A stretch of 64,000 nt of DNA from an uncultured Desulfuromonas sp. (lineage in GTDB: Bacteria > Desulfobacterota > Desulfuromonadia > Desulfuromonadales > Desulfuromonadaceae). A program made the translations under genes and the position numbers. The stretch is from positions 2,227,274 to 2,291,273 of the forward strand of contig OY762961.1 in NCBI GenBank assembly GCA_963666745.1, given 5' to 3'. Below, piece after piece: positions 1 through 10,448 of this stretch. A model generated the notes under the pieces. That model saw only the letters and a list, made by a program, of their open reading frames with translations. It was not told the origin of the DNA and ran no database searches. How positions within the stretch are numbered: the first letter of the stretch is position 1; every line of letters begins with the position of its first letter.

Positions 1-413
1 TCAGTCATCAGAGGAATTTCACCGAAGTAAACTTCCTGCTCTTTGATATCACGAATCGACTGTACACCGGTGTCCTTGTCGACATCCCAGGAAACAAGAC
101 GGACGCGAACCTTGACCGGAGCAGCAAACGTCATACCGCGCTGATGGCACTCCTCGACATCGTATTTAGGAACTTCCAACACGTAAGAAACATATTCCAA
201 GGAACAGGTTTCACTGAAATCACGAATCGGGAAAACGGAGCGAAAAACCGCTTCGAGACCGATATTTTGGCGCGCAGAAGCAGGCAGATCCGCCTGTAGA
301 AAACGTTTATACGAGTTTTTCTGAATATCGATCAGATTGGGAATTTCAATAATGCGCTGAATCTCAGAAAAATGCTTGCGCAATAACTGGTTATTCGCGA
401 TCGAATAAGCCAT
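1..413 (-). CDS. rpoB: RNA polymerase beta subunit, N-terminal part (runs off the window)
   Basis: Reverse strand from ATG at 413 reads [35 protein letters not shown], a typical RpoB N-terminus; lies directly downstream of rplL. Not in the ORF track. Confidence 0.97.
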   Translation of the reverse strand, partial: MAYSIANNQLLRKHFSEIQRIIEIPNLIDIQKNSYKRFLQADLPASARQNIGLEAVFRSVFPIRDFSETCSLEYVSYVLEVPKYDVEECHQRGMTFAAPVKVRVRLVSWDVDKDTGVQSIRDIKEQEVYFGEIPLMT

Positions 414-495
414 GGCCACTCCTTAAGAAAAGAACGTAGAACAGCCAAGGCCGCATAGACGACCTTGGCTTCGTGCAGAAATATCGAAAGGTTTA

Positions 496-879
496 CTACT
501 TGAGCTCGACAGAAGCGCCAGCTTCTTCGAGTTGTTTCTTGATATCTTCAGCTTCTTCCTTAGCAGCAGCTTCTTTAACAGTGCTGGGTGCGCCGTCAAC
601 CATATCTTTGGCTTCTTTGAGGCCCAGACCGGTAACAGCACGAACAACCTTGATAACATTGATTTTTTTGTCGCCTGCGCTGGTCAGAACAACATCAAAC
701 TCAGTTTTTTCTTCTTCAGCAGGACCAGCGGCAGCAGCAGGACCAGCAGCAGCAACTGCAACAGGTGCAGCAGCAGAAACACCAAACTTGTCTTCCAGCT
801 CTTTTACCAGCTCAGACAGTTCAAGAACAGACATGTTCTCGATAAACTCAATTACTTGCTCTTTAGTGATATCAGCCAT
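496..879 (-). CDS. rplL: 50S ribosomal protein L7/L12
   Basis: [26 protein letters not shown]...EKTEFDV...[20 protein letters not shown]; start moved to the internal ATG at 879. Confidence 0.98.
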   Translation of the reverse strand: MADITKEQVIEFIENMSVLELSELVKELEDKFGVSAAAPVAVAAAGPAAAAGPAEEEKTEFDVVLTSAGDKKINVIKVVRAVTGLGLKEAKDMVDGAPSTVKEAAAKEEAEDIKKQLEEAGASVELK

Positions 880-927
880 GATTTTTTCTCCGTCAATATG
901 ATGAATATGTAACACTCTGTTTAAACG

Positions 928-1446
928 TTATGCAGCCTTCTGGTCTCTGATGGCGCCAAGCACCTGAACCAGAGAACGAGGCACTGCAGCCAGAACACCA
1001 ACAAAGTTGGATACCGGCGCATTGATCGAACCAAGCATTTTTGCCAGCAGAACCTCGCGGCTCGGCAGCTCAGCCAACGCTTTAATTTCGGCTTCGTTAA
1101 GGATTTTACCTTCGAGAACTGCTGTTTTAAGCTCAAAGAACTTGCTGTCTTTGGCATAGTCGGACAATACTTTTGCCGGAGCAACAGGATCTTCCTGGGC
1201 GATTGCAATTGCAGTCGGTCCCTGGAGATACTCACTCAAGCACTCGAAATCAGTCCCTTTAGCAGCCAGACGAAGCAGGGTATTTTTAACAACGCGGTAT
1301 TCAACACCGGCGTCACGAAGCTTACCGCGCAGCTCATTGACCTGATCAACATTCAAACCGCGATAATCGGCAACGAATGCAGCTTTAGCCGTCGCCAGCT
1401 TAGCGGCAAATTCCTCAACAAGTTGTACCTTGTTATCTGTAGCCAT
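928..1446 (-). CDS. rplJ: 50S ribosomal protein L10
   Basis: DYRGLNV...YRVVKNTL...[12 protein letters not shown] motifs; lies between rplA and rplL. Confidence 0.98.
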   Translation of the reverse strand: MATDNKVQLVEEFAAKLATAKAAFVADYRGLNVDQVNELRGKLRDAGVEYRVVKNTLLRLAAKGTDFECLSEYLQGPTAIAIAQEDPVAPAKVLSDYAKDSKFFELKTAVLEGKILNEAEIKALAELPSREVLLAKMLGSINAPVSNFVGVLAAVPRSLVQVLGAIRDQKAA

Positions 1447-1535
1447 CCACTCTCCTCCTTTCCTAGATTTCTAGAAGTAATACTCCCTGTTCAGTCGTTA
1501 AAAACCGAAGGAAGATCACGGAGTGGTCTTTTTCA

Positions 1536-1590
1536 GTCTCGGCAGGCATAAAGATCTCTTTTAAACCCTAGGGTACCTGCTGTCTTCGAC
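1536..1590 (-). promoter_or_regulatory. L10 leader (rplJL autoregulatory RNA element)
   Basis: Minus strand GTCGAAGACAGCAGG...TTTAA...CCTGCCGAGAC in the rplA-rplJ gap matches the known L10-leader pattern. Confidence 0.75.
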
Positions 1591-1660
1591 AGGGAACTTA
1601 CTAAACAACAGCACCGGAGAAACTCCGGCGCTGCTGGTTATAGCTTTTATGCTCGAAACC

Positions 1661-2362
1661 TTATTTGACCAGTGCCTGAACACCTGGGACATCAACTTGA
1701 ACACCAGGGCCCATCGTACTGGAAATACTGATTTTCTTCAGGTAGGTTCCTTTTGATGTCGATGGCTTCGCCTTAATCAAGGCATCAACAAGGGAAACAA
1801 CGTTATCCTGAAGTTTCTCAGCGTCAAAGGACACCTTGCCAACCGGGGCATGGATAATACCAGCTTTTTCAACGCGGTATTCGACCTTACCCGATTTAGA
1901 TTCACCAACGGCACGAGCCACATCAAAGGTAACGGTTCCGACCTTGGGATTCGGCATCAAACCACGGGGACCGAGCAGTCGACCAATTTTGCCGACAACA
2001 CCCATCATATCCGGAGTTGCGATGGCGGTATCAAAATCAAACCACCCTGCCTGAATTTTCTCGACGAGATCGTCACCACCGACATAATCGGCACCTGCGT
2101 CCAAAGCTTCCTGGGCTTTTTCACCTTTAGCGAACACCAGAACACGGACGGACTTGCCAAGACCATGAGGGAGAACAACCGCGCCACGAACCATCTGGTC
2201 CGCTTTACGCGGGTCAACACCCAGACGTACGGTCAGATCAACGGTTTCATCAAACTTGGCAAAAGCGGCTCCCTTAACCAGCTCGAGGGCGTCGCTTAAT
2301 GAATAAGCAGCAGCTCTGTCAACTTTCGCTTTTGCAGCAATACTGTTTTTACCTGTAGCCAT
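1661..2362 (-). CDS. rplA: 50S ribosomal protein L1
   Basis: KFDETVDL...[14 protein letters not shown]...[12 protein letters not shown]. Confidence 0.98.
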   Translation of the reverse strand: MATGKNSIAAKAKVDRAAAYSLSDALELVKGAAFAKFDETVDLTVRLGVDPRKADQMVRGAVVLPHGLGKSVRVLVFAKGEKAQEALDAGADYVGGDDLVEKIQAGWFDFDTAIATPDMMGVVGKIGRLLGPRGLMPNPKVGTVTFDVARAVGESKSGKVEYRVEKAGIIHAPVGKVSFDAEKLQDNVVSLVDALIKAKPSTSKGTYLKKISISSTMGPGVQVDVPGVQALVK

Positions 2363-2379
2363 GTGCTGTCACTCCAACT

Positions 2380-2802
2380 TTATTCGACTTCAAGACCCAT
2401 GCTGCGTGCCGTTCCTGCAATGGTGCGCACAGCTGCGTCTTCATCAAATGCGTTCAGATCCGGCATCTTAAGACGTGCAATCTCAAGAATCTGATCCATT
2501 GTTACCTTCCCAACCTTTGTCTTGTTGGGGACTCCTGACCCTTTGGGAATCTTGGCAGCCTTCATCAAAAGAACCGCTGCCGGCGGGGTCTTGGTGATAA
2601 AGCTGAAAGACCGGTCTGCATAAACAGTGATTACTACAGGGATAATCATCCCCTCTTCCGACTGCGTCTTAGCATTAAACGCCTTGCAGAATTCCATAAT
2701 ATTAACACCGTGCTGACCCAGAGCCGGGCCGACAGGAGGTGAAGGGTTTGCCTTACCCGCCGGAATTTGCAGCTTAATTTGTCCAACTACTTTCTTGGCC
2801 AT
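2380..2802 (-). CDS. rplK: 50S ribosomal protein L11
   Basis: [43 protein letters not shown]. Confidence 0.99.
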   Translation of the reverse strand: MAKKVVGQIKLQIPAGKANPSPPVGPALGQHGVNIMEFCKAFNAKTQSEEGMIIPVVITVYADRSFSFITKTPPAAVLLMKAAKIPKGSGVPNKTKVGKVTMDQILEIARLKMPDLNAFDEDAAVRTIAGTARSMGLEVE

Positions 2803-2829
2803 TGCCTACTCCTTAACTATTTGCCCAGC

Positions 2830-3363
2830 CTAACTGGTTTTTTCAACCTGTATAAAATCCAGCTCAACAGGGGTAACGCGGCCAAAAATACTTACCATGA
2901 CCTTGAGCTTGCCCTTGTCAGGCTTAACATCCTCGACAATACCGGTAAAATTGAGAAACGGACCATCAACAACACGAACCGTCTCGCCAACTTCATACTG
3001 AACTTTCGGCTTAGGACGCTCGGCCCCTTCTTCCATTCGCGCGGTAATTTTTTCAACTTCCGCATCAGGAATCGGAGGAGGAGTCGTACCGCCGCCAACA
3101 AATCCGGTTACCTTGGCTGTATCCTTGACGATATGCCACGTCTCGTTATTCAGTTCCATTTGAACTAAAATATAGCCAGGGAAAAACTTCCGCGTGGAAG
3201 TCTTACGCTCACCATTCTTTAGCTCAACGACCACCTCGGACGGAACAAGAATTTCGCCAAAGAGTTCCTCGGCATCCAGCATCTTGATCCGCTCTTCCAG
3301 GTTCTGCTTAACCTTATTTTCAAAACCTGAATATGTATGTACACCATACCATCGCATTGCCAT
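2830..3363 (-). CDS. nusG: Transcription termination/antitermination factor NusG
   Basis: [14 protein letters not shown]...FFPGYILV, plus KOW motif [11 protein letters not shown]. Confidence 0.98.
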   Translation of the reverse strand: MAMRWYGVHTYSGFENKVKQNLEERIKMLDAEELFGEILVPSEVVVELKNGERKTSTRKFFPGYILVQMELNNETWHIVKDTAKVTGFVGGGTTPPPIPDAEVEKITARMEEGAERPKPKVQYEVGETVRVVDGPFLNFTGIVEDVKPDKGKLKVMVSIFGRVTPVELDFIQVEKTS

Positions 3364-3377
3364 CGTCAAAATCTCTC

Positions 3378-3563
3378 TTAGCTGAGCAGTTTTTTCACAA
3401 GCAGGGACAGAACATTATCAATGCCCCACAGGAACACAGCAACCAGCAACACAAAAGCGATAACGACGACCGTTGATGCATAGGTGTCTTTCCTGGTCGG
3501 CCAGGTTACCTTAGCCAGTTCACTTTTTACGTTACCGAGAAAATCTGATACCTTTGCAATCAC
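3378..3563 (-). CDS. secE: Preprotein translocase subunit SecE
   Basis: ELAKVTWPTRK motif and a single TM helix; lies between tRNA-Trp and nusG. Confidence 0.96.
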   Translation of the reverse strand: MIAKVSDFLGNVKSELAKVTWPTRKDTYASTVVVIAFVLLVAVFLWGIDNVLSLLVKKLLS

Positions 3564-3593
3564 GTAGAAACCTCAAGACGGTGGAAGTAAAAT

Positions 3594-3670
3594 TGGCAGG
3601 CCAGGAGGGATTCGAACCCCCAACACCCGGTTTTGGAGACCGGTGCTCTAGCCATTAGAGCTACTGGCCT
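3594..3670 (-). tRNA. tRNA-Trp (CCA)
   Basis: AGGCCAGTAGCTCTAATGGCTAGAGCACCGGTCTCCAAAACCGG...GGTTCGAATCCCTCCTGGCCTGCCA; cloverleaf with anticodon CCA. Confidence 0.97.
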
Positions 3671-3696
3671 GCAACATCTAAAACATCACGTTTTAA

Positions 3697-3846
3697 CTAC
3701 TTCGTCTCACGATGCAGAGTGTGGCGACGATCAAAGCGGCAATACTTCTTAAACTCAAGGCGGTCAGGAAGGTTGCGCTTGTTTTTCTTCGTCGTATAGT
3801 TACGTTGCTTACACTCAGTACATGCCAGAGTTATAATATCACTCAT
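3697..3846 (-). CDS. rpmG: 50S ribosomal protein L33 (49 aa)
   Basis: Hand translation gives [49 protein letters not shown]; below the ORF-track length cutoff. Confidence 0.96.
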   Translation of the reverse strand: MSDIITLACTECKQRNYTTKKNKRNLPDRLEFKKYCRFDRRHTLHRETK

Positions 3847-3902
3847 TTTTTTTCTCCGCTGGCACTCCCCTTACGGAGAGCGCCAGTCAAAGGGTAATCA
3901 AA

Positions 3903-5093
3903 TTACTCGATAATTTCGCTAACAACACCGGCGCCGACAGTACGACCACCTTCGCGAATCGCGAAGCGCAGTTCTTTGTCCATGGCGATCGGGGTGATCA
4001 TCTGAACGGTCATGGAGATGTTATCTCCAGGCATTACCATTTCAACACCTTCGGGCAGCTCTACAACACCGGTTACGTCAGTGGTACGGAAGTAGAACTG
4101 AGGACGATAGCCCTTGAAGAAAGGAGTATGACGGCCACCTTCTTCTTTGGTCAGGATATAGGCTTCTGCCTTGAACCGAGTGTGAGGGGTGATGCTGCCG
4201 GGCTTGGCCAATACCTGACCACGCTCAATGTCTTCACGTTTAACACCGCGCAGCAACAGACCGACGTTATCGCCTGCCTGACCTTGGTCGAGCAGCTTGC
4301 GGAACATCTCAACACCGGTGACGGTGGTTTTGCTGGTGGCTTTCATGCCGACGATTTCAACTTCTTCGCCAACTTTGATGATACCGCGCTCAACACGACC
4401 GGTAGCAACAGTACCACGACCGGAGATGGAGAAGACGTCTTCAACAGGCATCAGGAACGGCAGGTCAACAGCACGTTCCGGCTCGGGAACATAGCTGTCA
4501 ACAGCAGCCATCAGGTCGAGAATGCACTGCTCTTCAGGAGCACCGGTAGCGGCTTCGAGGGCCTTGAGGGCGGAACCGGCCACGATGGGCAGGTCATCAC
4601 CGGGGAAGTCATAAGCGGACAGCAGTTCGCGAACTTCCAGCTCAACCAGCTCCATCAGCTCTTCGTCGTCAACCATGTCGGCCTTGTTCAGGAACACAAC
4701 GATGGCGGGAACACCAACTTGGCGAGCAAGAAGGATGTGCTCACGAGTCTGAGGCATCGGGCCGTCAGCAGCAGAACAAACCAGAATTGCGCCGTCCATC
4801 TGCGCAGCACCGGTGATCATGTTCTTGACGTAGTCAGCGTGACCCGGGCAGTCAACGTGAGCATAGTGACGGGTAGCCGTCTCATACTCAACGTGAGCCG
4901 TTGCGATGGTGATACCACGCTCACGCTCTTCAGGAGCGTTGTCAATTTGATCAAATGCGCGCGCTTGAGCCAGACCCTGACCAGCCATAACTTTGGTGAT
5001 CGCTGCGGTCAGTGTGGTTTTACCATGGTCAACGTGGCCAATGGTGCCAATGTTGACATGGGGCTTTGTTCTTTCAAATTTTTCCTTTGCCAT
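3903..5093 (-). CDS. tuf: Elongation factor Tu
   Basis: [29 protein letters not shown]...[13 protein letters not shown]. Confidence 0.99.
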   Translation of the reverse strand: MAKEKFERTKPHVNIGTIGHVDHGKTTLTAAITKVMAGQGLAQARAFDQIDNAPEERERGITIATAHVEYETATRHYAHVDCPGHADYVKNMITGAAQMDGAILVCSAADGPMPQTREHILLARQVGVPAIVVFLNKADMVDDEELMELVELEVRELLSAYDFPGDDLPIVAGSALKALEAATGAPEEQCILDLMAAVDSYVPEPERAVDLPFLMPVEDVFSISGRGTVATGRVERGIIKVGEEVEIVGMKATSKTTVTGVEMFRKLLDQGQAGDNVGLLLRGVKREDIERGQVLAKPGSITPHTRFKAEAYILTKEEGGRHTPFFKGYRPQFYFRTTDVTGVVELPEGVEMVMPGDNISMTVQMITPIAMDKELRFAIREGGRTVGAGVVSEIIE

Positions 5094-5191
5094 GACTTCT
5101 TCCTCTCGATGATTTCTCTTCGACAATAATAACTATACTGGCCAACAAGATTCTTTCCGACAGCCCATCCGAAAACGAAAAACAGAACACA

Positions 5192-5267
<76 letters not shown>

Positions 5268-5290
5268 ATTCACACCTGTTCTACTTTAAA

Positions 5291-5367
5291 TGGAGCGGGA
5301 AACGGGGCTCGAACCCGCGACCCTCAGCTTGGAAGGCTGATGCTCTAGCCAACTGAGCTACTCCCGC
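5291..5367 (-). tRNA. tRNA-Gly (TCC)
   Basis: GCGGGAGTAGCTCAGTTGGCTAGAGCATCAGCCTTCCAAGCTGA...TTCGAGCCCCGTTTCCCGCTCCA. Confidence 0.97.
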
Positions 5368-5470
5368 CCAAAATCGGACTTTACAACCTAAGGACTCCGC
5401 CGTCCCACCCGCGCAGTACATTCGCTAGGCTCCTGCAACACGTGACACGCTTTCGTCCGATATGAAATTG

Positions 5471-5555
<85 letters not shown>

Positions 5556-5593
5556 AAGGGACGTTCTGAAAGGCTTGCGCCCATTCTATTTAA

Positions 5594-5669
5594 TGGAGCT
5601 GGCGATAGGAATTGAACCCACAACATCCTCATTACAAGTGAGGTGCTCTACCTATTGAGCTACGCCAGC
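5594..5669 (-). tRNA. tRNA-Thr (TGT)
   Basis: GCTGGCGTAGCTCAATAGGTAGAGCACCTCACTTGTAATGAGG...CGCCAGCTCCA. Confidence 0.97.
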
Positions 5670-5681
5670 ACAGAGTCGCAA

Positions 5682-5710
5682 TCTATACACCAACGACTCT
5701 TTTTTTGCAA
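5682..5710 (-). promoter_or_regulatory. Putative sigma70 promoter of the tRNA-tuf operon
   Basis: Minus strand TTGCAA-17 nt-TATAGA, just upstream of tRNA-Thr(TGT). Confidence 0.65.
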
Positions 5711-5797
5711 ATACTTTTTCGCGGTTTTTCCTTCCGCGACAAGCGTTGTGATTTATAAATGATTCGCCCGACGCTGTCAACCGCCTTTTACGGTTTT

Positions 5798-6535
5798 TTA
5801 TTTTTTTGTTTTCAGCTGGTTACGAACAACCTCAAACAGGGCAATTCCTGTCGCCACTGAGACATTGAGGGACTCGACCGCGCCAGGCATCGGAATCGCA
5901 ACAAGACCGTCACAGAGCTTTCGGACCAGAGGACGAATCCCCTTGCCTTCACTTCCAGCAACCAGGGCAACCGGCGGGCTGAGGTTGGCATCAAACAAGG
6001 ACCCGCCATCGTCTCCGGCAAGGCCATACACCCAGACGCCCTCCTGCTTCATGGTCTCAATCGCCCGCGATAGATTGGTCACCTGACACAGCTGAATATG
6101 AGCCAAGGTTCCAGCAGCAGCTTTTTCGACCACCCCCGTCACCGGACAGGAACGATCTTTGGCAAAAATAATCCCCTGACATCCGGCCGCTGCTGCGGAG
6201 CGAATCAGGGCACCAAAATTGTGCGGATCGGTGACACTGTCAAGAATCAGAAAAAAACGCTCTTCCACCGGAACATGCTTGAGCAAATCAGTTAACGAGA
6301 CAAAAGATTCCGCTTTTATCTGCGCAACAACACCCTGATGGCGCACAGCGCCAACCATTTTTTCCAACTCCTCTCGCGCACAACGTCTGACGTCCACGTG
6401 GTTTTTCTCTGCCAAAGACACCATTTCTTCAAATCGGGACGACCCCTGCTGCTCTTCGGCATAGAGCCTGACGATGTCACGCCGCTGCTTGAGTGCCTCA
6501 AAAACCGCGTTGATGCCAAACAGATAACGGGTCAC
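5798..6535 (-). CDS. rlmB: 23S rRNA (Gm2251) 2'-O-methyltransferase, TrmH/SpoU family
   Basis: LDSVTDPHNFGALIRSA...GSEGKGIR...ESLNVSVATGIAL SPOUT motifs. Confidence 0.93.
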   Translation of the reverse strand: MTRYLFGINAVFEALKQRRDIVRLYAEEQQGSSRFEEMVSLAEKNHVDVRRCAREELEKMVGAVRHQGVVAQIKAESFVSLTDLLKHVPVEERFFLILDSVTDPHNFGALIRSAAAAGCQGIIFAKDRSCPVTGVVEKAAAGTLAHIQLCQVTNLSRAIETMKQEGVWVYGLAGDDGGSLFDANLSPPVALVAGSEGKGIRPLVRKLCDGLVAIPMPGAVESLNVSVATGIALFEVVRNQLKTKK

Positions 6536-7248
6536 GCGCCAGCCCCAGTCATTTCCGACACGATGGCTCGGGCGGCAAGAACGGGATCATCCGCCTTGGA
6601 AATTGGTCGGCCAACCACGAGATAATCGGAACCGGCAGCCACGGCCTGCCCCGGTGTCATGATGCGCTGCTGGTCATCACGAGCGGCCGTTGCCGGCCGG
6701 ACTCCGGGAGTCACAACAACAAAATCCCGGCCACACGCCTCGCGAATCAATGGCAGCTCCTGCGCTGAAGCAACCACGCCATTCAGGCCACTGGACTGAG
6801 CTAATGCTGCCAAACGCGGAACCATCTCAGTGACTGGGAACTCAATGCCCACCTGGCGCAAGTCCTCTTCAGAGGACGACGTCAGAATCGTAACGGCCAG
6901 CATAATAGGGACAGGAAAGCCCTCTTTCATTGCGGCGTCGCGGACCTCATCAACCATCGTTCGCATCATTGTGCCACCACCCAGGGCATGAACATTAAAC
7001 ATTTGCACGCCCATGCGAGCCGCTTCAACGCTGGCTTTGGCGACGGTATTGGGGATATCGTGATACTTGAGGTCAAGAAAAACACCCCCACCCGCCTGAC
7101 GGATCATATCGACAACCTGCGGCCCACAGCGGGTAAACAGCTGTTTGCCAACTTTGAACATCCCCACTTCATCAGCCAGGAGACGCACCCACTGCTGAGC
7201 CTCGTCATAACTGTCGACGTCCAACGCAAAAATCAACCGCTCTTTCAT
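6532..7248 (-). CDS. pyrF: Orotidine-5'-phosphate decarboxylase
   Basis: FLDLKYHDIPNT, VTPGVRP and VVGRPI motifs. Confidence 0.97.
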   Translation of the reverse strand: MKERLIFALDVDSYDEAQQWVRLLADEVGMFKVGKQLFTRCGPQVVDMIRQAGGGVFLDLKYHDIPNTVAKASVEAARMGVQMFNVHALGGGTMMRTMVDEVRDAAMKEGFPVPIMLAVTILTSSSEEDLRQVGIEFPVTEMVPRLAALAQSSGLNGVVASAQELPLIREACGRDFVVVTPGVRPATAARDDQQRIMTPGQAVAAGSDYLVVGRPISKADDPVLAARAIVSEMTGAGA

Positions 7249-8477
7249 GCATTCTCTCCCTGTTCGACCAATTTACGCGTTCTCGCAACAATCTCCTGGA
7301 CCCGTCGGATAATATCGGCACTGCCTTGCGTCCCCAACACTTGACGCACCAGCATGCACTCGGCATAAACCAGCTCATTAAGGCTATCAACCAGCAACTT
7401 TTTCTGGTCCCCCTCTTCCAGCCCGGTGAGGTTTTTGATGAGAAGACCACCATCCAGAGTCCCGTCGGAATTCAAGCGAATACCGCGAAAGACATAGTTC
7501 ATGGGATGCGGCGCTTCGCGCATGAATCGGTTGGCATCTTCAATCAGTCCACTCCCTTTGGATTCAACACATTCATATAAAAGACTCAGCACACCATTGA
7601 ACACACCAAAGAGAGAAGAGAAGGCTTCTCCCACCGGTTCGGATTTGGGCTCATTGACTTTGAGAAAGCGCTTTTCCACCAACTGATGCAGGACACGCAA
7701 CGCGTCATATTCCGGCAGACCGCTCTTTGCCATAAGCTGGCCGACCTGACCGGGCGAAGAATAGGTTAGCTCGACCACTTTTTTTTCTTCCGCAACCAAT
7801 TCGGCCGGATCACGCCCAGTATATTCGAGCATGGAATCCAGCGAACGCAGACGTCGCAGATAAAGAGCCTTTTCATCAATACGTCGCAAGCCTTCCATGA
7901 TGAGATTCTGGGTACTCATCGACAACTTGACAATATCGTCCCGTTTTAGCTCACCTGCGGCAAAGTAGCAGCTTCCCTCCTCACAAGCGAACAGGTTATA
8001 GACAATAGTCTCCACCTGCTGGCGGGTTGCCAACCATAGATCACGGGCCGCCACCAGGTTTTTTTTCACAAGAAGCTTGCTCAATGTCTCCCCGGAACCG
8101 AGCTCAGTACGCACCTGACTGAGTTGACGTCGTTCAAGCTTGCCGATTTCGCACAAGACCTCACCCAGATCTTCTTCCACACGCTGGCTGGTGGCAAAGA
8201 TAATCTCGCCATCCTGAAAAAAGACCTGACGGTTTCCGTCAGGAATATCCAGATACAAGATACCGGTTTGACGAAACATGTTAAAAAAGGACAACACATC
8301 AGCAATGCCTACCGCCCCCAGCACTGCCGACATACAGGGAATCCGTTCGCCCTCAACGGCCAGCAGAACATGCTGTGGCGAGGAGGACGCGATCAGCAGC
8401 TCACTGCCCTGAAGCGTCGCCAGAACCCGGCGTGGCAGATTTACACGGCCACTGTCATCCACGGTTGCACGATACAC
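7245..8477 (-). CDS. DUF4388/PATAN-like domain protein
   Basis: Central region (DILSFFNMFRQTGIL...FFQDGEIIFATS...LGEVL...GSCYF...STQNLIMEGLRRIDE) resembles DUF4388; stop overlaps the pyrF start. Confidence 0.7.
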   Translation of the reverse strand: MYRATVDDSGRVNLPRRVLATLQGSELLIASSSPQHVLLAVEGERIPCMSAVLGAVGIADVLSFFNMFRQTGILYLDIPDGNRQVFFQDGEIIFATSQRVEEDLGEVLCEIGKLERRQLSQVRTELGSGETLSKLLVKKNLVAARDLWLATRQQVETIVYNLFACEEGSCYFAAGELKRDDIVKLSMSTQNLIMEGLRRIDEKALYLRRLRSLDSMLEYTGRDPAELVAEEKKVVELTYSSPGQVGQLMAKSGLPEYDALRVLHQLVEKRFLKVNEPKSEPVGEAFSSLFGVFNGVLSLLYECVESKGSGLIEDANRFMREAPHPMNYVFRGIRLNSDGTLDGGLLIKNLTGLEEGDQKKLLVDSLNELVYAECMLVRQVLGTQGSADIIRRVQEIVARTRKLVEQGENA

Positions 8478-8480
8478 ACG

Positions 8481-10196
8481 CTACTCCATCATCTGGCGGC
8501 CGACTTCATCAACAAGCCAGGACACTGTTTGCTCCACCGGCATCATCATACGATCACCGCCTGCTCTAAGCTGGACTTCAAAGGCGCCTTCCTGGAGAGC
8601 CCGGTTGCCCACGGTCACACGAATGGGAATGCCGATCAACTCGGCATCTTTAAACTTGCTGCCAGGACGCTCGTCGCGATCATCCAGCAGCACCTCAACC
8701 CCTTTTTCCATCAGCTGTTCGTAAAGCTCCGTTCCAGACTGCATAACCTGGGTGTCTTTAGGATTCAGCAGAGTAATGATCACCTGAAACGGCGCAATCG
8801 GCATGGGGAAGACAACACCATTGTCATCATGATTTTGCTCAATGGCCGCCGCGACCGTCCGACCAATACCGATGCCGTAACAGCCCATCACGAGCGGCAC
8901 ATCCTTGCCTTCAGCATTGAGGACCGTCGCACCGAGAGCTTCTGAATACTTGGTCCCCAGCTTGAACACATGACCAACTTCAATACCACGCCACATCTGC
9001 AGGGTCCCTGCGCAGCGGGGACAACCATCACCCGCCTGAGCCTGACGCAAGTCAGCATAGGCTTCCACGCTAAAATCGCGGCCAGGATTTGCCCCCATAT
9101 AATGGGTATCTTTCTCATTGCCACCAATCACGGCATCGACCATGGATGCGACTTCAAGATCGGCAAGAATGCGGCAACGCAACCCAACCGGACCAGCAAA
9201 ACCCACCGGCGCGCCGCTGAGTTCTTCGACGGCGGCATCGCCAAGCATGACGACTTCCAGACAGTCGAGATAGCGACACAGCTTAATCTCGTTGAGTTCC
9301 CGGTCACCACGCAGCAGCACAGCCAGTTGCTCACCGCTATCGGTCTGCAACAGCAAGGTCTTGATCAGACGGCTCTCTGGCATATCGAGAAACTCTGCCA
9401 CTTCGGCAATGGTTTTGCGCTCCGGTGTATCAATTTTTTGCAGCTCGGCCTGGCCCTCACCACTTGAACTTTGCGCCTGGCGCATCTGGGCCTTTTCGAC
9501 ATTGGCCGCATAATCACACTGATCACAGGAAACGATGGCATCCTCACCCGACTCGGCCAACACCATAAACTCATGCGAAGAGGAGCCACCAATGTTACCG
9601 GTGTCCGCTTCCACGGCCCGGAACTTAAGACCGCAGCGTTTAAAAATGCGCTGATAGGCCTGATACATCTTTTCGTAGGCGGTGTCAGCCCCCTCGTTTT
9701 CGAGGTCGAAGGAGTAGGCGTCCTTCATGATAAATTCGCGACCACGCATCAGACCGAAACGGGGCCGGATCTCATCACGAAATTTGCCCTGAATCTGATA
9801 GAGGTTAAGAGGCAGCTGACGATAAGAGCGTACCGTGCCGCGTACCACGTCGGTAATCACCTCTTCATGGGTAGGTCCGAGACAGAATTCCGTTTCCTTA
9901 CGGTCCTTAATGCGCAACAACTCTTTACCGTATTGCTCCCAGCGTCCGGACTCTTCCCACAATCCAGCCGGGACGACCATCGGCATCAGCAACTCCATGG
10001 CGCCGGCACGATCCATCTCTTCCCGGACAATCTGCTCCACCTTGCGGATAGAGCGCAGCCCCAGCGGCAGATAGGTATAAATGCCAGCAGCAACTTTGCG
10101 GATCATTCCGGAACGCATCATCAGCTGATGGCTGACAATTTCGGCATCCGCCGGATTTTCTTTCAACGTGGGCAGCAAGTACTCGGTTAAGCGCAT
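8481..10196 (-). CDS. proS: Proline--tRNA ligase
   Basis: LGPTHEE, KFRDEIRPRFGLMRGREF, GIEVGHVFKLG, MGCYGIG. Confidence 0.99.
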   Translation of the reverse strand: MRLTEYLLPTLKENPADAEIVSHQLMMRSGMIRKVAAGIYTYLPLGLRSIRKVEQIVREEMDRAGAMELLMPMVVPAGLWEESGRWEQYGKELLRIKDRKETEFCLGPTHEEVITDVVRGTVRSYRQLPLNLYQIQGKFRDEIRPRFGLMRGREFIMKDAYSFDLENEGADTAYEKMYQAYQRIFKRCGLKFRAVEADTGNIGGSSSHEFMVLAESGEDAIVSCDQCDYAANVEKAQMRQAQSSSGEGQAELQKIDTPERKTIAEVAEFLDMPESRLIKTLLLQTDSGEQLAVLLRGDRELNEIKLCRYLDCLEVVMLGDAAVEELSGAPVGFAGPVGLRCRILADLEVASMVDAVIGGNEKDTHYMGANPGRDFSVEAYADLRQAQAGDGCPRCAGTLQMWRGIEVGHVFKLGTKYSEALGATVLNAEGKDVPLVMGCYGIGIGRTVAAAIEQNHDDNGVVFPMPIAPFQVIITLLNPKDTQVMQSGTELYEQLMEKGVEVLLDDRDERPGSKFKDAELIGIPIRVTVGNRALQEGAFEVQLRAGGDRMMMPVEQTVSWLVDEVGRQMME

Positions 10197-10448
10197 GATT
10201 CCGTTCCTTTATGGCAATAAAATGTGTTCATGTTATCATCGTGTAAATACGTTCGCACGCTAGCTTATTTCGGGGTAAAATGCAAGCAATGCCAAGGGGC
10301 TGAAAGGATTCTAACCAGGACACCCCGTCCCTGCTCAGACCAACCCTCGGCTCGCATTTACGCTACGAAGCAATCCAGATTATTCGGAGCGTTTTCAGAT
10401 GGCCCCCAATGGACGCAACCCCTTTCCTTCCCTGAAGCATGAGGTTTT

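Noticed and set aside
10224-10448. Riboswitch, 6S RNA or MITE in the proS-AAA intergenic region
   Set aside because: I could not match a known consensus or find a convincing long stem; it probably holds divergent promoters. An Rfam scan would settle it.
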